This document shows, in pieces, positions 47,238-54,941 of a stretch of 64,000 bases of DNA. How positions within the stretch are numbered: the first letter of the stretch is position 1; each line of letters begins with the position of its first letter. Under the pieces are notes generated by a model. The model was not told where the DNA came from, ran no database searches, and saw only the letters and a list, made by a program, of their open reading frames with translations. A program made the translations under genes and the position numbers. Origin of the DNA: an uncultured Gemmataceae bacterium (lineage in GTDB: Bacteria; Planctomycetota; Planctomycetia; Gemmatales; Gemmataceae); NCBI GenBank assembly GCA_963750165.1, contig CAVVPN010000003.1, positions 1,120,001-1,184,000 of the forward strand, given 5' to 3'.

Positions 47238-50200
47238 CTTCAAACCTCCCTTCCGGCTGGGCCGCGGCCGGCGTGGCCGGGATCGGATCGCGCGTCGGCC
47301 AGGGGGCGGCGGCCACCGTCGGTTGCGCGGCGCTGCCATCCAGCTGGCCGGCCTCAATCTGGCAGGCGAACGCCTTGGCCTCGTGGATGCTGACATTCGG
47401 CTCGGTCACCAGCGAGGTCAGGTCGTTGACGGTGGCACCGACGCACTCGCCGGCGAAGCTCCAGTGGATCGGCATGCCGACCTGGTGGACGAGCCGGCCA
47501 TCGATGAGCAACGGCCGCAGCCGCGGCGTCACCAGGGCGCGCACTGCGATGGCGCCCGCGGCGTCCGCACCGTCGCCCAGCCGCCGTTGACGATGCCGCG
47601 CTCCGCCGCCAGCTCCGGGCTCAACTCGACGAACATCGCCGGCTGCAGTTCGTTGAGCCAGCTGTTGAATCGGCTCATCGGCCCGCTCAGGTAATGTTCG
47701 GTCAGGCGGAACGTGGTGGCGACGACCGGGTACGCCGCCGTCGGCGCGTGCGCCACCGGGTTCAACGGCCCCTCCGAGGTGCGCGCCGCTGGGTTGCAGG
47801 TCTGGCGCGGATAGAGCAGGTTGCCCACCGGCGACTCAATCGGCTCGTAGTGCGTCGGCAACGGGCCGTCCTTGAGCGTGCCGGGTGCGTACAGCCAGCC
47901 GAGGCCGTCGGGCTTCATGATGAACGGAGCGGTGCCGGCCAGCGCGGCCATGCCCACGGCTTCCGGCGGCGGCCGGTAGTCCGGCGGCTTGTGCGGGTCG
48001 AAGTCCGGCTGATCGGCACCCACCCAGCGCTGCCCGTCCGCGTCCCACCACATGAGTTTCTTGCGCTCCGACCAGGGCCGGCCGTCCGGGTCGGCGGAGG
48101 CGCGGTTGTACATGACGCGGCAGTTCTGCGGCCAGGCGAAAGCCCATTCCGGCTGCAGCGGGTTGTCGCCGAGCTTGCGTTCGCGGGCGCGGTTGCGGTC
48201 CGGCTCGGGGTAGACGCCGCTGTAGATCCAGCAGCCGCACGCCGTCGTGCCATCGTCCTTCAGATCCGCGAAGCCCGCCACCAGACGCTGCCGATTCTGG
48301 CTCCCCTCGCCCCCTGCAGGGGGCGAGGGGTTGGGGGTGAGGGGATCGGTGTCGGTCAGGTGGTGGCCGTTGATCTCCTGGAGCACCCTGGCCACGTCCG
48401 GTTCGCCGTCGATGCGGCTCGGCGTACCGTCGGGCAGGCGCGGCGGCTGGTCGAAGTCGTAGTCCCAGGTCAGCGCCAGCAGCGGTTGGTCCTTCGAGTC
48501 AGTCGAGCCAGCGTAAAGCTGCTTCAGCCGCTTGCCCAGCTGGTAGACGTACCAGGCGTCGGAGCGGCAGTCGCCTGGCGGGTCGAGCGCCTTGTCGTGC
48601 CATTGCAACAGCCGCTGCGTGTTCGTCAGCGAGCCATCCTTCTCCGGGCCGGACGCGACCGGCAGCAGAAAAACCTCCGTCTTGACTTCGTTCGGCGCCG
48701 GGCCGCTCGGGTCGTTCTTCCAGAAAACGGCGCTCTCCGTCTCGAACCAGTCGAGGACGACGAGCCAGTCAAGGTTGCGCAGGCCGGCGCGGTGCAGCCG
48801 GGCGTTCGGTCCACCGCCGCCGGGGTTCTGGCCGAACAGCAGATACCCCTTCAACTCACCGCGGGACATGCGGTCGAACGTCATCAGCTGCGAATGGTTG
48901 CCGTCGAGACGCGGCAGCCAGTCGAAGCGATAATCGTTGGCGGCCGTGGCGGCGGCACCGTACCAGGCCTTGAGCAGACTGACCGTGAACTTGCGGAAGT
49001 TGGCCCAGTAGCCGGTCGGCTGCCCCTCGTGCTTGACGTAGGTGTCCAGGTCGCGGTGACGGTCGTCGGCGGTCGGTTGCGGCAAGTAGCCGGGCAGCAG
49101 GTCGTACAGCGTCGGCACGTCCGTGCTGCCCTGAATGCAGGAGTGGCCGCGCATCGCCATGATGCCGCCGCCCGGCCGGCCGACGTTGCCGAGCAACAGT
49201 TGCAGGATGCCGGCGGTGCGGATGATCTGCACGCCGGTGGTGTGCTGCGTCCAGCCGACGGCGTAGACGATGGCGCTGGTCCGCTCGCGCCGGAGTTGGC
49301 GCACAGCAGCTCGGCGACACGCACCACCTCCTCCGGCTTGCAGCCACACACCGACGCCACCGTCTCCGGCGTGTAGCGGGCGAAGTGCCGCCGCAGAATC
49401 TGCATGCCGCAGCGCGGGTGCTGCAGGGTCGGGTCTTGAAGCTGACCAGGTGACAGCGGGTTTTCGTCGTTCACCGTTTCCGAGTAACCCCAGTGACCGT
49501 CCGTGGCGTTGTAAGCGCGCCGGCTCGCGTCGAAGCCGCTGAACAGGCCGTCAAGATCCTCCGTGTCCTGGAAGCCCTCGTCGATGATGGTGGCGGCGTT
49601 GGTGTAGGCCAGAACGTAGTCCGTAAACCAGCGCTCGTTGCTCAGCACGTAATGGACGAGGCCGCCGAGGAAGGCGATGTCGCTGCCGGCGCGGATGCCG
49701 ACGTACACGTCGCACAGGGCCGAGGTGCGCGTGAAGCGCGGATCGACGTGCATCAACGTGGCGCCCTTCTCCTTTGCCTTCATCGGCCAGCGGAAGCCGA
49801 CCGGGTGGGCCTCCGCCATGTTCGAGCCCATGATGAGGATGCAGTCGCTGTTGGCCAGATCTTGCTGATACGTGGTGGCCGCGCCGCGGCCGAGCGAGGC
49901 GCCCAGACCGGGCACCGAAGCGCTGTGTCATATCCGCGCCTGATTTTCGATGGGCAGCACTCCCAGGCCGCCGCCGAACAACTTTTTGATGAGGTAGTTT
50001 TCCTCCACGTCCAGCGTCGCGCCGCCCAGGGTGCCGAGGGTGCGCACTGCGTTGAGCCGGCGGCCCTGCTCGTCGGTTGCGGCGAAGTCGGCGTCGCGGA
50101 CCTCCTTGATGCGCCGGGCAATCTGGTCCAGCGCCCAGTCCAGGGTGCGCGTTTCCCACTGGTCCGAGAACGGGGCGCGGTAGCGGACGTGCGTCAGGCG

Positions 50201-50461
50201 GTGCGGGTTGACGGCCAGCTGGAAGGCGTCGGCACCCTTGGGGCAAAGGGTGCCCTCGTTGATGGGGCTGCGGGGGTTGCCCTCGATGTTGATGACCTGG
50301 CCGCCCTTGGTGTAGATCAGCTGGCCGCAGCCGACGGCGCAGTACGGGCAAACGCTCTCGGTGACGGTCGCGCCGCGCAGCCGGGAGGATTTTGCCACGG
50401 ACTGCGGGCTGAACGGCTGGTCGGCTGGTTGCGGGCGCGTCGTCAAGGGAACGCGGAACAT
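47230..50461 (-). CDS. fdnG: Selenocysteine-containing formate dehydrogenase alpha subunit (UGA at 49928-49930; frameshifts near 49280 and 47560)
   Basis: CPYCAVGCG, LCPKG, ENQARI-U-HS, GSNMAEAHP, GWTQH, RGHS..QG.TD, CGCWIY, RLTEH; four ORF pieces join into one FdnG-type protein. Confidence 0.9.
48301..48344. repeat. REP-type palindrome inserted in-frame in the FDH alpha gene
   Basis: 40/44 identical to intergenic 4306-4349; encodes PLTPNPSPPAGGEG. Confidence 0.88.
49899..49930 (-). promoter_or_regulatory. Bacterial SECIS element
   Basis: UGA-CACAGCGCUUCG-GUGCCCG-GUC-UGGGCGC stem-loop directly 3' of the in-frame UGA. Confidence 0.8.
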
Positions 50462-50617
50462 GGCAGTGCCCTCGGTGCGGAGACAGGCTGTGGCCGTTCT
50501 TGTTGTGATATGAAAATGCCTGTCATCCAGTTCGCGCTCTGCGCAAACCACCTCGCCGGGAAGCCGCGACGGCGGGTAGAATACCCCCAGGCTTCCCCAG
50601 TGTCCGGAGACAGCACC

Positions 50618-51358
50618 ATGCCGCTGCTCGATCATTTCCACCCGCCGCTGAGTGAGACGCGCAAGTGGGAGGGATTTCACAGTCAGTGGACCAGTTCGCT
50701 CGCCGCGCAGCTCAACGCCGGGTTACTCCCGGCCCATCACTTCGCAGAGCCGCAGGTGTCGCACGGCCGGATCGAAGTGGATGTCGCCACGGATCGGCTC
50801 CCCGGCAATGGAGCCGTGTCCGGTTCGGCCTCTCCCGCCGCGGGTGGCGTGGCGACGTTGGCCGCGCCGGCCTGGTCGCCGTCCACCCCGACGCTGGAGA
50901 TGGACGCCGTCTTCGCCCCCGAGTTCACGGTACTCGTCATCAACGTCGAAGCGGGTCCAACGCTCGTGGCGGCCATCGAGCTGGTCAGCCCCAGCAACAA
51001 AGCCCGCCCCGCCGCACGCCGGGCCTTCGCCATGAAGTGCCTGAACTACCTCAACGCCGGCATCGGCCTGATCATCCTCGATGTCGTGACGGAACGCCGG
51101 TCCAACCTGCACGACCAGATGGCGCGCCTGATCGTCGGCACGGCCCCGCGCTTCCCCGGTACCCCCTCGACCTACGCGGCCGCTTACCGACCGTTCCGGC
51201 GCGGCGCGGAGGCGAAGGTGAGCGTCTGGCCGGTCCCCCTGACCGTGGGCCAGCCATTGCCGGTGCTGCCGCTGTGGCTGCGCGGGGTCGAGGAGCCCGT
51301 GCCCGTGGATGTCGAAGCCGCTTACACCGAGGCACGGCAACGCAGCGCCCTCCGCTGA
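50618..51358 (+). CDS. DUF4058 family protein (restriction-endonuclease-like fold)
   Basis: MPLLDHFHPPL...WEGFH..W, IEVDVAT, LVAAIELVSPSNK, GQPLP.LPLWL, VD.EA.Y. Confidence 0.8.
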   Translation: MPLLDHFHPPLSETRKWEGFHSQWTSSLAAQLNAGLLPAHHFAEPQVSHGRIEVDVATDRLPGNGAVSGSASPAAGGVATLAAPAWSPSTPTLEMDAVFAPEFTVLVINVEAGPTLVAAIELVSPSNKARPAARRAFAMKCLNYLNAGIGLIILDVVTERRSNLHDQMARLIVGTAPRFPGTPSTYAAAYRPFRRGAEAKVSVWPVPLTVGQPLPVLPLWLRGVEEPVPVDVEAAYTEARQRSALR

Positions 51359-51460
51359 CGGCAACGTATCCGCAACAACGGCTCAGCCAGTTCCAAAAAG
51401 GGTTGAGCTCCCCGCGCGACTTCAGACGGCTTCCGAAGTCTCACGACTTCGGCTGCCAGG

Positions 51461-51476
51461 CGGCATGAGACTTGCA
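51461..51476 (+). promoter_or_regulatory. Sigma-54 -24/-12 promoter candidate
   Basis: CGGCATGAGACTTGCA: GG-N10-GC with GGCA and TTGCA consensus bases, upstream of the SRPBCC and stress genes. Confidence 0.6.
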
Positions 51477-51643
51477 CCAATGTTCTTGAATCCCGCGACC
51501 TTTGCGAGATGCGGCGGTGGAGGTGCGCATGCAGGAGTACGAACAACGGGGGGCTGCCGCGCAGCATCGGCGAACGCCGCGCCAGCCCGAGTAGCCGGGA
51601 CGGGCACGGTGGGTTCCCGGTGTGCTACGCAAAGGAGACTACC

Positions 51644-52402
51644 ATGATCGCAGAAGCCATTTCGAGCCGGGGTGGTTCGACTCCACAGGAGCAGAACCTG
51701 TCACGGCACCGCAACGTCGGCGAGGCGGAGCGCTGGCTGTCGCTGGTCGGCGGCGGGGCGCTGGCGGTGGTCGGGCTGGCGCGGGGCTCGCTGAGCGGGC
51801 TGGCCCTGGCGCTGGTCGGCGGGGGCCTGATGTACCGTGGCTTCACCGGCCACTGCTCGGTGTATCACGCCCTGGGCGTCAGCACCGCCCAGGAGCCGCA
51901 TGGGCCACAGGCCAGCGTCGCGGCCGGCGCCGGCGTCAAGGTGGATGAGACCATCACCGTCAACCGGCCACGCGAGGAACTGTACCGCTTCTGGCGCAAC
52001 TTCCAGAACCTGCCGCGCGTCATGACTCACCTGGAGGCCGTCATGGTCACCGGGTCGCAGCGGTCGCGCTGGTTGGCGCGGGCGCCGCTGGGCGTCCATG
52101 TGCAGTGGGAGGCGGAGGTCATCAACGACCGGCCGAACGAGCTGATCGCCTGGCGGTCGCTGCCGGGCAGCGACGTGGACACGGCCGGGTCGGTCCACTT
52201 CACGCAGACCGGCAGCCACCGCACGGAAGTGCGCGTGGTCCTGAAATACGATCCGCCGACGGGCCAGTTGGGCGCGGCCCTGGCGCGCTGGCTCGGCGCG
52301 GCGCCGGAACAGCAGATCCGCGAAGACCTGCGGCACTTCCAGCGGGCGATGGAGGCCGGTGAACTATCGGAAACCCAGGGCCAGCCGGCCGGCCGGTTTT
52401 GA
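51644..52402 (+). CDS. SRPBCC/polyketide-cyclase family protein with N-terminal YgaP/DUF2892-like membrane domain
   Basis: NVG..ER..S, RG.TGHC..Y..LG, YRFWRNFQNLPR.M.H, IAWRS, P..QI.EDLR.F. Confidence 0.88.
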   Translation: MIAEAISSRGGSTPQEQNLSRHRNVGEAERWLSLVGGGALAVVGLARGSLSGLALALVGGGLMYRGFTGHCSVYHALGVSTAQEPHGPQASVAAGAGVKVDETITVNRPREELYRFWRNFQNLPRVMTHLEAVMVTGSQRSRWLARAPLGVHVQWEAEVINDRPNELIAWRSLPGSDVDTAGSVHFTQTGSHRTEVRVVLKYDPPTGQLGAALARWLGAAPEQQIREDLRHFQRAMEAGELSETQGQPAGRF

Positions 52403-52481
52403 GCATTTGCACGACTGCCGCCAGCGGCGGAGTGCGCTGCGCGCTACGCCGCTGGCGGCGGAGAAAGAAAGGGGCGAGTTC

Positions 52482-53015
52482 ATGGCGACGATGACCCATA
52501 AAGTGGTGGTGGGCGTGTTCGACAACCGCACGGCGGCGCAGCAGGCGCTGTCGGAGCTGCAGCGGGCCGGCTTCCGTGACGACCAGCTCGGCCTGGTGGC
52601 GCCGGACGTGGACCTGATGGCGAGCCGCAGCGGCGCCACCGACGAGCAGACCGAGGCGGGCGCGGCACACGGCGCGGCCATCGGCGCGGCGGCTGGGGCG
52701 CTGGCGGGCGCGGGCGTCTGGGGACTCACGCTGGCCACCGGACTCGTGCTACCGATCGTCGGCCCGGTGATCGCGGGCGGCGTCATCGCGGTACTGCTGG
52801 GCAGCGTCGCCGGCGGCGCCGCGACCGGCGGCCTGGTCGGCTTCCTGATGGGGCTGGACTTCACCGAGGACGAGGCCCGCCACTACGAGGGCAAGGTGCA
52901 GGGCGGCCACATCCTCATCACGGTGCATGCGGAGGACCGGCTGGCCGAGGCGGCCGAGATCCTGAACCGCCACGGGGCGACGACCGAGCCGCTGCTGGCG
53001 GCCACGCCGCGGTGA
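52482..53015 (+). CDS. General stress protein (YflT-like, glycine-rich membrane hairpin)
   Basis: VVGVF....AQ.A..EL..AGF, GPVIAGG, GGLVG.L.G......EA..YE. Confidence 0.8.
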   Translation: MATMTHKVVVGVFDNRTAAQQALSELQRAGFRDDQLGLVAPDVDLMASRSGATDEQTEAGAAHGAAIGAAAGALAGAGVWGLTLATGLVLPIVGPVIAGGVIAVLLGSVAGGAATGGLVGFLMGLDFTEDEARHYEGKVQGGHILITVHAEDRLAEAAEILNRHGATTEPLLAATPR

Positions 53016-53029
53016 CGAAGCGGCATGGC

Positions 53030-54136
53030 TCAGCGCACCGCCTCCCGAACCCAGTCGGGCAGCGCCAGGTTCACCTCCAGGACGTTGACCAGCGGCACGC
53101 CGGCCAATCCGAACAGTGGCGCCGCGCTGTGCCGCGGCAGCGTCTCCTCCAGGTGGCGGCGGATTTTCACCTCCAGCTCCCGCGCACGCGCTTCGTCCTT
53201 GGTGAGCAGTTTGGCCCGGGCGCGGGCGACGCGCGGCGCCTGATAAAGTGCGTTGGCCAGGGTGATGTGCGGGTCGAGGCCGGAGCCGGAGGCCGTCACC
53301 AGGTCCGCGGGCACCGGCTCCAGGTCGATGTCCGGGTGCGCCTGCCGCCACAGGTCGAAGAAGACCGACTGGATTTCGTTCTGCTTCTCCGACCCCTCAC
53401 CGGCCTGCTTCACCGGCACCAGCCGTTTCCGTTTCTCAGCATCCTCTGCGAGGAACGGCCAGCGCCCGGGGTGCGCCGCGGAAAAGACCGCGAAGAAGCC
53501 CTTCGCCAGGTCCGCCGTGGTTGGTTCGGTCAGGCTCGCGTTGTCTTGCCGCCAGCGGGCGTACAGTTCCGGGAAGTCCTGCCGCCACTGCTGTGCGAAG
53601 GCCTCGGCCGGCGTCTGCTTCTGCCACGCCGCCTTGACAGCCGCGCCGGTCTTCTTGACCCACTCTTCCGCGAGGCCGGGGTGCAGGGTCGCCCACTGGG
53701 CCACGATGCCCGGCTGGCCTTCGTAATGGTCCTGCTGGAACCAGACCTCGACATCCGGGCCGACCTCGGCACCGGGGTGCTTGCCGAACCGGCTCGCGTC
53801 CTTGCCGTAGCGGACGATGGGGCCGAGCTGCCGGGCCACGCGGTCGCGCAGCAGGTAATTGCTGCCGCCCCAGTTGCTCGCCCCAGACTTATCCGCCTCG
53901 TAGCCCTTGCCCGCGTGCGACGGCCGCGGCTGGAAGAACTCGTCGCCCTCGAAGTTCTGCGCGATCAGCCGTGAGCCGACCACGTTACCGTCCCTGTCGG
54001 TCACCAGGCTGCCGTCGGCCTGGTCGCTCAACCCCGGCACCCGCCCGACCAGCCACAGGCTGAGCGGGTACAGCACGCAGCAGACCAGCACCGTCAGCGC
54101 CAGCAGCCACAGGGCCCCGCGTAAATGCGTCAACAT
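53030..54136 (-). CDS. kdpC: KdpC (K+-ATPase C subunit) with a large internal insertion; no kdpFAB adjacent
   Basis: LYPL, QADGSL, VGSRLIAQNF, FQPRPS, SGASN, VPADLVTASGSGLDPHI...A.YQ..RVA.AR, VNVLEVNLAL. Confidence 0.85.
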   Translation of the reverse strand: MLTHLRGALWLLALTVLVCCVLYPLSLWLVGRVPGLSDQADGSLVTDRDGNVVGSRLIAQNFEGDEFFQPRPSHAGKGYEADKSGASNWGGSNYLLRDRVARQLGPIVRYGKDASRFGKHPGAEVGPDVEVWFQQDHYEGQPGIVAQWATLHPGLAEEWVKKTGAAVKAAWQKQTPAEAFAQQWRQDFPELYARWRQDNASLTEPTTADLAKGFFAVFSAAHPGRWPFLAEDAEKRKRLVPVKQAGEGSEKQNEIQSVFFDLWRQAHPDIDLEPVPADLVTASGSGLDPHITLANALYQAPRVARARAKLLTKDEARARELEVKIRRHLEETLPRHSAAPLFGLAGVPLVNVLEVNLALPDWVREAVR

Positions 54137-54351
54137 CTGTCGATACACCCTTTCGTTGGAGGACCAGGCCCGTGGTCGTCCGCGCGGCGCCCGCGGACGG
54201 AGAGAGGGCCTCCGTTGAGAGTTACTGTACACGGCGGGGGGGTGCTTTACAAACGCTTTCGGGGTAGCTCTGCTGCGGGGTCAGCTTGATTGGGTGTGTC
54301 CGCTTCACTTACGGATGCCAATTCGCAGCAGGACCAATGTGGAACAACGCC

Positions 54352-54825
54352 TCAGAATGCGATTGGTTTTCCCACGCGCAATGCGCAATCGATCAACTCA
54401 GCCATCTGTGTCTCAAACCGTCGCAGGGATTCCTCCATTTCGGTGTCCAAACTCGGGAATTGTGCGAGTGCGGCGACTTCCGTTCGCAGATCCTGCATAT
54501 CGGCTAACTTGATGGAGTCACCGCAGTGAGTGCCATTGTAAAGAACCCATGTGAGGAGGCGCGGGAAGCGGTTCCCAAAGCGCTGTAATTCATTTCGGAG
54601 CGCGGCGACCAGCGCGATGTTGCCAATGCGGTGATGGAGCAACAAGCCGTCTGGATGCTCACAGCTGAAACGCCAGCCGTCGAATGCAATTTGTATATCG
54701 AGGTTGTTGCTGCCGCAGAGAACGCTGCCATCGTCATCGAGCGCGGGATGGCTGCCTTCGGGAGGCGATCCGCGCAGGCGCCCCGCTTCGAAGCAGTCGC
54801 AATAGACGAAGGCATCGAGACCCAT
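54352..54825 (-). CDS. Hypothetical protein with atypical codon usage
   Basis: GGAGG RBS; MGLDAFVYCDC...HCGD...ALRVGKPIAF; many A/T-ending codons. Confidence 0.65.
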   Translation of the reverse strand: MGLDAFVYCDCFEAGRLRGSPPEGSHPALDDDGSVLCGSNNLDIQIAFDGWRFSCEHPDGLLLHHRIGNIALVAALRNELQRFGNRFPRLLTWVLYNGTHCGDSIKLADMQDLRTEVAALAQFPSLDTEMEESLRRFETQMAELIDCALRVGKPIAF

Positions 54826-54866
54826 GGACAAAACCTCCGGCCATGAGGCCGAACGGCACAATGGAG

Positions 54867-54937
54867 CCCTGGTCGTGGTGCAGGCGTCTCGCCTGCATTC
54901 CGCTTCCGCAGGCGGGACGCCTGCACCACGACCAGGG
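54867..54937. repeat. REP doublet (GTGGTGCAGGCGTCTCGCCTGC type)
   Basis: CCCTGGTCGTGGTGCAGGCGTC...GACGCCTGCACCACGACCAGGG; related half at about 61596-61620. Confidence 0.85.
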
Positions 54938-54941
54938 GATT

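Noticed and set aside
47230..50461. FDH alpha as a pseudogene or four separate genes
   Set aside because: The UGA is at the Sec position with a SECIS, and the two other breaks match the window-wide single-indel pattern
51671..51686. GGTGGTTCGACTCCAC, resembling a tRNA T-arm near the Sec-FDH operon (possible tRNA-Sec)
   Set aside because: No acceptor stem, D-arm or UCA anticodon arm can be built, and it lies inside the SRPBCC coding sequence
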